Shown: positions 1 through 8,168 of the stretch, one piece after another | Layout of the letters: each line of letters begins with the position of its first letter | How positions within the stretch are numbered: position 1 is the stretch's first letter | Source: an uncultured Halobacteriales archaeon | GTDB lineage: Archaea; Thermoplasmatota; E2; JACPAO01 | Direction: 5' to 3' | Assembly (NCBI GenBank): GCA_964408365.1 | Contig: CAYOZB010000001.1 | Span: 2,157-66,156 of the forward strand | DNA: 64,000 nt | Notes under the pieces: model-generated | The model's input: the letters and a program-made list of their open reading frames with translations, nothing else | Databases searched by the model: none | What the model was told of the DNA's origin: nothing | Program-made: the position numbers and the translations under genes

Positions 1-674
1 ACCCCAACCGCGGCAACGGCGTGTGGCACGAAAGCGACGCCTGGCCCCCGCCCGAGTCACAAGCGCGCAACTTCAACCTCACCGACACGGGGCTCGCCGC
101 CGACGCCCCCGGGAAGGAACGATCGTACAGGGCGGCACCCATGCCTGAAGGCACAAGCGCGCCCGTCCTCGGGGAAGGCGGTTGGCAGTGGCCGAAGAAC
201 TTCCTCTGCGACGACGCCGCCGACGCGGCGGAACCCGTTCGCCTCGTGTACCGGATGGACGCGACCGGCGACCCGTTCCTCATCGCGGGCATCCCGACGC
301 TCGATCTCACGATCTCGACGGACGAACCGGGCGGGATCGTCAACGCGTTCCTGGTGCTCGAGCACGCGGGGGAACAACCCTGCGACGACACCGACGCGCA
401 GGGTCCGGCCCTCATCAGTTTCGGCGCGGCGGATCTCCTCTTCGTCGACGACATCTACACGGAGAAACCGTTCCCGACCAGCAAGGCGACGCACATCCAG
501 ATCGAACTCACGGACATCGCCCAGGTCGTCCAACCGGGTCAGCGGCTCGTCCTGGTGCTTGGGGCCGGGAACGCGGTGGACCACCAGAGCCGGTACGCGC
601 CGATGATCACGATCCACGAAGGGACGCCCGAGATGCCGACGCATCTGACGTTGCCGATCCTCGAGCAGGGTTGA
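1..674 (+). CDS. C-terminal part (5' end outside window) of a CocE/NonD-family (X-Pro dipeptidyl-peptidase-like) hydrolase, beta-sandwich C-terminal domain
   Basis: Open frame runs in from the window edge and stops at 672-674. Composition is protein-like (not Arg-rich, unlike the overlapping antisense ORF 57..707). The tail ...MITIHEGTPEMPTHLTLPILEQG resembles the PepX_C domain ending of this family; that assignment is from memory, not a search. Confidence 0.4.
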   Translation, partial: PNRGNGVWHESDAWPPPESQARNFNLTDTGLAADAPGKERSYRAAPMPEGTSAPVLGEGGWQWPKNFLCDDAADAAEPVRLVYRMDATGDPFLIAGIPTLDLTISTDEPGGIVNAFLVLEHAGEQPCDDTDAQGPALISFGAADLLFVDDIYTEKPFPTSKATHIQIELTDIAQVVQPGQRLVLVLGAGNAVDHQSRYAPMITIHEGTPEMPTHLTLPILEQG

Positions 675-870
675 GCCAGCGTCGGCGCGCGTAGACCGGA
701 TGTCCATCCAGGCGTCGCTCGTGTCGCCCGCGGGGGCTCAGTGCGGCGTATGGAATCGTTTGGCAGCTTACTAATTTACTAATTTGTAAAATTCTTGTGT
801 TCGTAAGCTAAATGCCGTTTCGTCCCACGCCACACCAAGGGCCCGATGAACGAGTTCCTTGCTCTCCCCA

Positions 871-2337
871 TCAGGGGGAACCGGCGACGCGCGTCGGCAA
901 TTCGACCATCCACGCTTCCGAATAGGGCGTGTCGGCGGTGCTCTTTCGGCCGTCCTGCCACACCGCGACGACGCCTTGGTCGTTGTAGGAGATGCCGAGG
1001 TAATCGCCCAAATGGGTGAGGAACGAAGGCTGGTTGTTCATCGACGTGGCGCTCGTCGGTTCGGAGCTCACTTGGTATTCGGTGAACGTGTGTCCGCTGT
1101 CGACGGAGCGCGCCACGTACGCGTGGTACGCGCTGTCGGCCACTTCCGCCATGTAGATGATCGAGACCGCGCCGTCGGGTTCGACGACGAGTTCCGGCAT
1201 GCGAAGATCCATGCCGTTGCCCACCGTGTCTTGGTTCACGCGGACCGACGGCTCCCAGGTCTTTCCGTTGTCGCGTGACACGTGGAGGAACACGTCCCCG
1301 TCGCCGTTGCGGTCGTCCATCAGGGAGGCATAGATCGTGCCATGGTTCGGTCCCCCGGTGCGGTCGACGTCGACCGAAGGCAACCACGAGCCGGCGTTCT
1401 GTTCAATCAGCCGCGGCGCGGCGAACCCGTTTCCATCCGCGTCGCTGACATAGAACGAGCCCGAGCGTAGCTCGCACCACAGGATGAGGAGATGACCGTC
1501 GACGGTCACGACGGGCCAACCTCCCATTTGGTGCTGCATCGAGCCGATGTAGTGCGGTTCGGGCGCGGAGATCGGGATCGGGTCGTTCCAGGTGCGTCCG
1601 CCGTCGGTGCTTTTGGCGAACATTTGTCGCGCCTCGGAGCTTTGCTGCCACCGTTCGGCGTAGGCGGCGTACACGTGGCCCGTGTAGGGATCGATGGTGA
1701 ACTGTTCCTTGTCGACATGCGGTCCGACCTGCGACGTGGGCACGTCGTGGGCGCCGTCGACGCCGGTCGCGCCGCTTGCGAACTCGGCGACGAACGTCGG
1801 GTCGCGGGAGCCCCAGGGGAATTCTGCGACGCCGATCGAGATGATGACGGGGTAGCGGATCGGAAGGACACCCAAGAGGAGACTGCCGTCGGCTTGGAAG
1901 TTCAGGACGCCGTCGCCAAGGGCCCAAGCACCAGGGAAGGGACCGACCTCGGTGTCGCCGGGGTAGCCGCGGATCGGTTCGTAATCCCAGGTCTCTCCGC
2001 CGTCGTCGCTCAGGGCGATGCCAGTCCACTGCATGGAATCGTAGGGGGCCAGCTCGTACTGGGTCGGGTAGGGCACCATCATGACGGCCGCCATATGGAG
2101 CGGGTTGTATGGGTCCGTCGCGACGTCGATCTCACGTGCGCGGACGCGCTCGGTCAGAAGGGGTCGGTCTTCGATCACGATCTCGGGGTCCAGGATGGCC
2201 GGGAACGAAGGTAGTGCGCCCCCGACTCGTCGTGCGTCGGCATCCTCTTGCTGCGTCTGGAGGCAGCCTGCCAATAACACTGCAAGCACCAGAACGGCCG
2301 CACGGGCCCAACTCGTCACGCGGCAACAGTTGCACAT
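871..2337 (-). CDS. BNR/Asp-box repeat lipoprotein (sialidase-like beta-propeller)
   Basis: Four S-x-D-x-G-x-T-W/F Asp-box motifs (SDDGGETWDY, STDGGRTWND, SRDNGKTWEP, SVDSGHTFTE). Start placed at M201 of the track ORF (MCNCCRVTSWARAAVLVLAVLLAGCLQ: signal peptide with L-A-G-C lipobox), because the upstream extension would overlap the PHP gene. Confidence 0.6.
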   Translation of the reverse strand: MCNCCRVTSWARAAVLVLAVLLAGCLQTQQEDADARRVGGALPSFPAILDPEIVIEDRPLLTERVRAREIDVATDPYNPLHMAAVMMVPYPTQYELAPYDSMQWTGIALSDDGGETWDYEPIRGYPGDTEVGPFPGAWALGDGVLNFQADGSLLLGVLPIRYPVIISIGVAEFPWGSRDPTFVAEFASGATGVDGAHDVPTSQVGPHVDKEQFTIDPYTGHVYAAYAERWQQSSEARQMFAKSTDGGRTWNDPIPISAPEPHYIGSMQHQMGGWPVVTVDGHLLILWCELRSGSFYVSDADGNGFAAPRLIEQNAGSWLPSVDVDRTGGPNHGTIYASLMDDRNGDGDVFLHVSRDNGKTWEPSVRVNQDTVGNGMDLRMPELVVEPDGAVSIIYMAEVADSAYHAYVARSVDSGHTFTEYQVSSEPTSATSMNNQPSFLTHLGDYLGISYNDQGVVAVWQDGRKSTADTPYSEAWMVELPTRVAGSP

Positions 2338-2436
2338 GACCCGTATATGATAGCGGGCTACCAGGAAAGGACTCGGACGCTGCAGGGACGCCCGCTCAGT
2401 AGGCTTAAGCCGATGTTCGGGTTGCGGCGAACTCCC

Positions 2437-3126
2437 ATGGAACTTCCCGGAGCCGCCCGCATCGACTGTCACATCCATTCCAAGTATTCCCCCGACGGGC
2501 GCGGGGAACTCCACGAACTCGTCAAGGTGGCCAAGGAAAAGGGTCTCACAGGGATCGTGGTGAGCGACCACAACACCTACCGAATGCCCGCCGACATGAA
2601 AGCCGCCAAGTTCGACGGGTTCACATTGATCCCCGCCGAGGAAGTCAGTGTCCGGGAGGGACACTGCTTGGCGCTTGGGATCCGCGAACTGATTCCGCCT
2701 CGTCTGCCCCTCATCGAGACGTTGCAGAAGATCCGCGACGCCGGCGGGATCGGCGTCCCGTCTCACCCGTTCCGCCGAGTGCATGGCGTCGGGGCGATCG
2801 CCCTTGACGCTGCGCGGAAGGATCTTCGCGCCCTCGAGGTCTACAATGCACGGGACGGCCCGCGAAAATCCAACGACCGTTCCCAAGCGACGGCGAAACG
2901 GTTCCAGCTCGGGGGAACCGGCGGCAGCGACGCGCACCAGATCTTCGAGGTCGGCAACGCGTTCACCGTGTTCAAGGAACGCGTCGACACCGTGGACGAG
3001 TTCCTAGACCAGATCGACAAACGTCAAACATGGGGCCAGGGTGTTCCGACGCCGCGGAGCAAGTTGTGGATGCAGAACGCCAAGAATGCGTGGTTGTTCG
3101 CGCGGCGCGGCTTCCGAAGCATCTGA
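2437..3126 (+). CDS. PHP-domain metal-dependent phosphoesterase
   Basis: IDCHIHSKYSPDG ... VVSDHN ... GGSDAHQ histidine motifs typical of the PHP fold. Start at MELPGAARIDCH (an alternative M lies 24 nt upstream). Confidence 0.6.
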   Translation: MELPGAARIDCHIHSKYSPDGRGELHELVKVAKEKGLTGIVVSDHNTYRMPADMKAAKFDGFTLIPAEEVSVREGHCLALGIRELIPPRLPLIETLQKIRDAGGIGVPSHPFRRVHGVGAIALDAARKDLRALEVYNARDGPRKSNDRSQATAKRFQLGGTGGSDAHQIFEVGNAFTVFKERVDTVDEFLDQIDKRQTWGQGVPTPRSKLWMQNAKNAWLFARRGFRSI

Positions 3127-3344
3127 GGTCGCGGCGAGTTCACGAGGTCAAACGGTCGGGGAACGTCATCCGGCGGCCCGGGCCGGCGAGGTAGGCCTAG
3201 ATGCCGTCGAATGTCTTGAGCATCTGGTGGGCGCGTTCGCGTTCCTTCGCAAGCCCGCGCGCAGCGACGGGTTGGAGTCCTTGCTTCGGGACATCGAGAA
3301 AGAAGGCGGGCATCTTCGTCGGGTCCGTTGAGCTACCGCTCAGT

Positions 3345-3385
3345 CAGAAAAAACGGACGACCCGACGGATCGTCATGTGGCTTGA
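3345..3385 (-). terminator. Short hairpin (GACGA...TCGTC) followed by T6 on the minus strand, just downstream of the coiled-coil gene
   Basis: Minus-strand reading ...GACGATCCGTCGGGTCGTCCGTTTTTTCTGAC. Archaeal termination at oligo-T tracts is established knowledge; the hairpin itself is weak. Confidence 0.3.
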
Positions 3386-3394
3386 GAGGAGGCC

Positions 3395-4228
3395 TTACTT
3401 GATGCCGTATTTCTTTCGAAGCGCGACTGCGCCGGGGCGGTTCTGGTAGGCGCCCTTGCCGCCGCGGGCGCTCATCGCGCGCTTCTTGAATGCTGCGAAC
3501 TCAGTGTTGTACCGATTTCGGCGCTCAGCGAGCGTCAACGGTTTTTTGCCCGCGCCTTTCTTGACGGTCGCCTTGCGGGCCGGCGCGGGTTTGGCCGCCA
3601 CGGGCGCGACGATCTTCTTGCGCGGAGCGAGCCGAGCGATCTCGGCGTTCGCCTTGTCGAGGCGCGCTTCGGTGTCTTCGAACACCTTGTAGAGTTTCGC
3701 GAGCCGCTCCTGTTCCTGGGTGAAGAGTTTCACGTATTCTTCCAAGCGGGAGGCGGTGCGGGCAGCGTCGCCTTTGAGGAGTTGGTTCTCGGACTCGAGG
3801 TCCAGGATGCGCGCCTTGACGCGGGCGGGGGATCCGAGGTCGACGAGGGATTTCTCGAGCTTGCGGTACTCGCCCAGGATGTCGTCCCGTTCTCGCTCGA
3901 GGGCCTTGAGTTGGTCTTCCTGGGTCTTGAAGGCGTCCCAGAGCTTGGCGAGCCGGCGCTGCTCGGACTCGAGTTCGAGGATGTATTTCCGGGCCTCGGC
4001 GCCGGATTCCACGGTCTTGATCCGGGCCTCGAGTTGATCGATGACGGAAAGCAGATCGTTGAGGTACTTGAGGTCCAACATTCCGCGGATGCGGTCGAGG
4101 CTGTCCACTTCCTCGCGGGTGCGGTCGCGGACGCGGGTGAGTTCATCCGCCACTTGGCGCAGATTGGACTTGAGGCTCTCTGCGCTTTCCATTGGAATGA
4201 TGACATTCTTCTCGTTCGAAGTGGCCAT
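3395..4228 (-). CDS. Coiled-coil protein with lysine/alanine/proline-rich basic C-terminal tail (possible nucleoid- or filament-associated protein)
   Basis: About 200 aa of heptad-like E/K/L/R-rich sequence, then KKIVAPVAAKPAPARKATVKKGAGKKPL...RKKYGIK. No enzymatic motifs. Confidence 0.5.
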   Translation of the reverse strand: MATSNEKNVIIPMESAESLKSNLRQVADELTRVRDRTREEVDSLDRIRGMLDLKYLNDLLSVIDQLEARIKTVESGAEARKYILELESEQRRLAKLWDAFKTQEDQLKALERERDDILGEYRKLEKSLVDLGSPARVKARILDLESENQLLKGDAARTASRLEEYVKLFTQEQERLAKLYKVFEDTEARLDKANAEIARLAPRKKIVAPVAAKPAPARKATVKKGAGKKPLTLAERRNRYNTEFAAFKKRAMSARGGKGAYQNRPGAVALRKKYGIK

Positions 4229-4303
4229 AAAAGCTCTGAACCCGAACCGCTCAAACTTCGAGGAGCCTATAAAAGCCCTTTGTTGTGAGGCGAGCGGCCG
4301 TCG

Positions 4304-4648
4304 TCATGTTTTTGTCGTCGGGTCCGTCGACTCGGCTTCCGGCGTGGTCATGTTGCCGAAGACACGCATCATTTGAGCGACGTAGGATCGGAATTCCTCG
4401 TCGCCACGCGGCCTGATCTTGAACGCCCGGTGCTTGGTAACCGAATTGGGAGTCCATTCCAGGGCGACGTAGCCCGCCTCTTCCAGAACACGAAGATGAG
4501 CGGGGAGATTCCCAGCCGTTAGGGTCGTGCTTTTTTGGAGCGAGGCGAACCGCATCGAGCGGTGGATCGCCCGGCGGCTCATGATGGTAATCCGCGGCGC
4601 GGAGTCGAGCACCTGATTGAATGCATCGGGACGGATTTCGTCGCTCAT
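4304..4648 (-). CDS. Small winged-helix transcriptional regulator
   Basis: Only the last 114 codons of track ORF 4304..4987 look like protein (MSDEIRPDAFNQVLDSAPRITIMSRRAIHRSMRFASLQKST...LRVLEEAGYVALEW: helix-turn-helix then wing). The upstream part of that ORF is Arg-rich non-protein-like sequence. Confidence 0.45.
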   Translation of the reverse strand: MSDEIRPDAFNQVLDSAPRITIMSRRAIHRSMRFASLQKSTTLTAGNLPAHLRVLEEAGYVALEWTPNSVTKHRAFKIRPRGDEEFRSYVAQMMRVFGNMTTPEAESTDPTTKT

Positions 4649-4650
4649 GG

Positions 4651-4830
4651 TCACTCTGGATTCGCCAGGATGCGGAGCGTTCCGAGAATTGCGAGAGGGA
4701 TCATGTATCCGATGGCGATCCAGGTGAACATGAGGTCTTGCGACAGGACCCCGAGCGCCAACAAGAGGGGCCATACCACCGAGACCATGGCATAGGTGCG
4801 CAGGACAGGGTCGTCGTGCTGCTTGCTCAT
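4651..4830 (-). CDS. Possible 59-aa two-TM membrane protein (below the ORF-track length cut-off)
   Basis: My own translation: MSKQHDDPVLRTYAMVSVVWPLLLALGVLSQDLMFTWIAIGYMIPLAILGTLRILANPE. It ends 2 nt before the regulator start. Coordinates approximate. Confidence 0.2.
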   Translation of the reverse strand: MSKQHDDPVLRTYAMVSVVWPLLLALGVLSQDLMFTWIAIGYMIPLAILGTLRILANPE

Positions 4831-4899
4831 CGACTTTCCGGGCAGGGAACGATTGAAGGAGAGGGCGCGGCCCGTCCTGGACCCGCGCCGATCGCTCTC

Positions 4900-5022
4900 C
4901 TACTCTTCGTCGACGCGGCCCTCCCAGTCGTCGGGGCGTTCGTCTTCGCCTCGCGACTCCCAGTAGGCGTCGTTGTTGGGGTTGCATTGGTTCGCGTGGT
5001 TGTCATCGTTGGGGTTGCCCAT
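4900..5022 (-). CDS. Possible 40-aa acidic small protein preceded by a GGAGGTGA Shine-Dalgarno
   Basis: My own translation: MGNPNDDNHANQCNPNNDAYWESRGEDERPDDWEGRVDEE. GGAGGTGA lies 7 nt upstream of the ATG. Coordinates approximate. Confidence 0.2.
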   Translation of the reverse strand: MGNPNDDNHANQCNPNNDAYWESRGEDERPDDWEGRVDEE

Positions 5023-5110
5023 GTTGCGGTGTCACCTCCGCGGCGTCAGCACGCCACATCCCGCTTTCTCGCCGGGATTCATAATGAGATGACCGAACAC
5101 CCGCCAATCC

Positions 5111-7015
5111 TCAACCGGAACAATGCGGGTGGACGAACGAATCCTTCCGAAACACGACGGGCGCGGACGTGGTGGCTGAGCGTGCGGCGCGAAGGGCCAG
5201 ATTGCGGATTTGGACCGCTCGCTGCCCGCCATCTCCCTCCATCATCGTCGCATCTGGAGGGTGAACCAGGAATTCTCCGTGGGTGCGGCTTGACGCTGAC
5301 AGGATCGCCGCAGCCTCTCGGGCCGCCGCGGTGAACTCCTCGGCGCCTTTCTTTGTGGCCAGATTGGCCCGGGAGATCCGCTCCAGCAAGATGCCCAGGT
5401 CCTTGCTACGACCCGTTGGCTGCGACCGGGCAGCCTTCAAGCGGGTCGCCGACCAGCCTTCCCAAAGCTCTCGAAGGCGATTTACGAGCCCCAATTCGGG
5501 AATCATGTGCAAGACCGAGCCCGATACTTCTTCCAACGTCCCCACGGCGACTTGATGAAACGGCTCATCACAAGCGGCGCAATCCTGCTCTCGTTCCAGT
5601 TTGAGGGAATATTCGCGGATTCCGAACCAGGTCGCCGGCGCCGCAGGATTCTTCAGAACCTCGGTTGGGCATTCTTCGTGCACCGGCGGAGCCCATCCGC
5701 GTTCCCGGTTCGCGGAGTCGTGTTTGCGTGATAATAATAGATTTCGCGACCCCCAACACTTTCCGCATTTTGAACAACGGCGGAGGAACATCCAGGCCGA
5801 CGGGGCGAGGACCAACTCGTCTGACGCTTCCAGCGAGCGCTTGATCGCCCCCGAAGCTCCCGCAATCAGCCCGTGGGAAATCGCCTTCTCGATCAACCGA
5901 AACACATTGGTTTCGCCCAGGAGCGCCAAACCCGACCGTCTGGCCTTGTAATTGGCCCGGTTGCGCCCTTGCACTTGTTCCCAGATTTCGCGGGGCGTGA
6001 TCTTGCCCCCCGATTGGAAAGCGTCCGCCGCTGCAGCAAGAAGGGTCGACGGGGGACGGGCGGGGCCCAACACGTAAGCCTTGCCTTCGCGAGCCAGCAG
6101 CTGTGCGTCCGTGAGCAAGTCCAGGTGCTCGTGGGTCGTCGGGGGTTTGACACCGAGTTGTCGTGCAATCGCGCGCGGGCCCAGTTTCTTCCTGGCGTCC
6201 ACATCGTCGAACAGGTCGTAGACGGCCAGCGGGCCTTGCTCGCGGCGTGCCCGGTCATGCAGGGATCGATACCGGGTGACCCGGCCTTCGGAGGTCATTT
6301 CGACTTTCTCGTTCAGCCGCAACTCCTCGAGCGTCCACTCCAATTCCTCACTTCGGTCCTTGTCCAAGTCGAAGACCTTGAGCAGATCCGAAACGGAAAG
6401 TCCTCGGCGGAGCCGCCACGTGGATTTGGCTTCGGTGACCTCGTGGAGCACCCTGAGGATTGCACGGTCGTCGACCGTCGCGGCATACTTGGCGAGCTCG
6501 AGGAATCCGGTCTCGTCGCGAGGAACGTCGTCGAGGTCAAGGTGCAACAAACGGGGGATGGGCAAGGCGGCCTGGACGTCGGCTTCGTCGAGTACGCGCT
6601 CCGGAACCCCTGTCAAGGCCGCAAACAGGACGCGCTGTGCTGCCGTGTGGTCCAATTCCGGTTTCAGCCACGGGGCGCCCCAATCGAGGATTGCGTTCCA
6701 CGTTTGGTCATACGTGGCCAATTGGCGCGCGTGATCGCACTCTTCGCGAAACTGCGGCAGGTTGCCCTTGCCGGAAAGCTGTTTGAGATGCGCAACCACC
6801 TCCGGCCACGGCGCCCGGAATGCTCGGGCAAGTTCCTCACCGGAGAGGGCACGTGGTCCGAGCCGGCGTTGCCATTGGAGGAAACCCAACACGTGTTGTT
6901 GGTCGCATTCGAGTTGGCGCCGCAAGGCGGTGTCTCCGACGCTCATGGGTTGCCTTAATGCTGCGCCTCCAACCCTGATAAGTCGATGACCGAACGTCGC
7001 CCGGATCAACTTCAC
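5111..7015 (-). CDS. Hypothetical 634-aa protein with several winged-helix-like segments and a Cys-rich (zinc-ribbon-like) region
   Basis: Repeated HTH-like stretches (LSGEELARAF...LKQLSGKGNL; LSVSDLLKVF...; AIARQLGVKPPTTHEHLDLL...). Cys cluster CSKCGKCWG...HEECPTEV...CAACDEPFH. Start overlaps the stop of the upstream Hjc-like gene (7012-7015), suggesting translational coupling. The C-terminal ~60 aa look low-complexity (possible frameshift). Confidence 0.5.
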   Translation of the reverse strand: MKLIRATFGHRLIRVGGAALRQPMSVGDTALRRQLECDQQHVLGFLQWQRRLGPRALSGEELARAFRAPWPEVVAHLKQLSGKGNLPQFREECDHARQLATYDQTWNAILDWGAPWLKPELDHTAAQRVLFAALTGVPERVLDEADVQAALPIPRLLHLDLDDVPRDETGFLELAKYAATVDDRAILRVLHEVTEAKSTWRLRRGLSVSDLLKVFDLDKDRSEELEWTLEELRLNEKVEMTSEGRVTRYRSLHDRARREQGPLAVYDLFDDVDARKKLGPRAIARQLGVKPPTTHEHLDLLTDAQLLAREGKAYVLGPARPPSTLLAAAADAFQSGGKITPREIWEQVQGRNRANYKARRSGLALLGETNVFRLIEKAISHGLIAGASGAIKRSLEASDELVLAPSAWMFLRRCSKCGKCWGSRNLLLSRKHDSANRERGWAPPVHEECPTEVLKNPAAPATWFGIREYSLKLEREQDCAACDEPFHQVAVGTLEEVSGSVLHMIPELGLVNRLRELWEGWSATRLKAARSQPTGRSKDLGILLERISRANLATKKGAEEFTAAAREAAAILSASSRTHGEFLVHPPDATMMEGDGGQRAVQIRNLALRAARSATTSAPVVFRKDSFVHPHCSG

Positions 7016-7416
7016 GTTGCAACGTCCTCGACCGACCCATCCGGGGCGACGAAGAGGGCCGTGATCCGTGTGCGACGTTTCGCCTCATCGGGCAGCCGCG
7101 TCGTTCGGAATTGTGGGTGTTCGGGGACCGCAATGCTGTACTTTGCCGCCGGGTCGGTCATCCGCTGCAACGTTTCACCCAAGACGCCGATGAAATAATT
7201 CACCCTCATGGGCTGCAGGGACCCGCCGCCCTTGGCTTCAATCAGCCAGCGCTCGGACCCCCGCTGCGCCGCAATATCCACGCCTCGCGTCTTGGCCACG
7301 GCGACCGCGCACGACCAACCCTGTTTCTCGAGGTGGGCGACGAGAAGGCGTTTCAGCTCGTCTTCTGTGAGTACAGCGGCGGCCGCTTCGAGCCGGCGAG
7401 GCTTTGTCGCCCGCAC
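7012..7416 (-). CDS. PD-(D/E)xK nuclease-fold protein, Hjc-like (putative Holliday-junction resolvase-type endonuclease)
   Basis: 134 aa with E...D...E-x-K spacing: TEDELKRLLVAHLEKQGW...GVDIAAQRGSERWLIEAKGGG. Size and motif order match Hjc/NucS-type archaeal nucleases; no search was run. Confidence 0.4.
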   Translation of the reverse strand: MRATKPRRLEAAAAVLTEDELKRLLVAHLEKQGWSCAVAVAKTRGVDIAAQRGSERWLIEAKGGGSLQPMRVNYFIGVLGETLQRMTDPAAKYSIAVPEHPQFRTTRLPDEAKRRTRITALFVAPDGSVEDVAT

Positions 7417-7495
7417 CCAAAGCCCCTTGTTTACGGAACCGTATACTGTATACGCCTTCGTAAACTATATTGATGGGGGCGACCAATTGTTTGCC

Positions 7496-7741
7496 ATGGC
7501 CGTTGTGAGCTTCCGACCCACGCAGGAGGAAGAAGCGATTATCGAACAAACGCGACGCAGCCTCGGCTCCGGCACGCGCACCGAAGCGGTTCGCTTCCTG
7601 ATTAAGAAGGGAGCGAAAACGGCAGGGTCGTTGGCGGATGATCCAGTGTGGAAGGCACGTGCTCCACCCGAGTTCTGGTTCAAGAAGAGTCTTTCAAGCC
7701 GAGAGATCGATCGACGGCTCTACGGACGACGGCGCCAATAG
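7496..7741 (+). CDS. vapB: Ribbon-helix-helix (CopG/VapB-like) antitoxin
   Basis: MAVVSFRPTQEEEAIIEQTRRSLGSGTRTEAVRFLIKKG has the beta-strand then two helices of an RHH. Its stop TAG abuts the ATG of the PIN gene. Only the last 81 codons of track ORF 7208..7741 are used. Confidence 0.55.
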   Translation: MAVVSFRPTQEEEAIIEQTRRSLGSGTRTEAVRFLIKKGAKTAGSLADDPVWKARAPPEFWFKKSLSSREIDRRLYGRRRQ

Positions 7742-8143
7742 ATGCGTCTCGCTGTGGACAGCTGGGCGTTCATCGAGAGCTTCTTCAGTGGTCCGCGAAG
7801 GGCCGAGGTCGACGCCTTGCTCAAGAACTCCGAAATTCTCGTCACCTCTCGCGAAATTGTTGTGGAGACGTTCAATTCGATTGTCTATGAGCTGCGGCGG
7901 ACATCCCCCGCCAACGACTGGCTCCAACTGCTCCGCTCCAGCCGGACGCGTGTCATCGAACCTGCCATGCACGACGTCGAGGCGTTCATGCAAGCGCTCG
8001 GTGCAAGGTCGACCCTAAGCTACGCGGACTCGTCTCTGGCCTTCGTTGCACAATCAGAAGGCATCGCCCACGTGATCACCGAGGACAGCGGTTTCCGCCA
8101 GGCGCGACTGGAGCCGCTCTTTTCAAAGCCCCTCCGCCGCTGA
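7742..8143 (+). CDS. vapC: PIN-domain toxin (VapC-like ribonuclease)
   Basis: MRLAVDSWAFIE... (Asp near residue 6), ...ITEDSGF acidic quartet typical of PIN/VapC. Immediately follows the RHH gene. Confidence 0.65.
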   Translation: MRLAVDSWAFIESFFSGPRRAEVDALLKNSEILVTSREIVVETFNSIVYELRRTSPANDWLQLLRSSRTRVIEPAMHDVEAFMQALGARSTLSYADSSLAFVAQSEGIAHVITEDSGFRQARLEPLFSKPLRR

Positions 8144-8168
8144 GGGCCGCGCCCAAGTGGGCGCAGAC

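Noticed and set aside
57-707. 216-aa minus-strand ORF overlapping the first gene
   Set aside because: Extremely Arg-rich (RRHLGRPFVDRDHRRVP...), typical antisense open frame of GC-rich coding DNA. The plus-strand frame has normal composition and a recognisable domain ending.
2338-2937. N-terminal 200-aa extension of the BNR-protein ORF
   Set aside because: It overlaps the whole 5' half of the PHP gene on the other strand and precedes a perfect signal peptide/lipobox at M201, so the start was moved to 2337.
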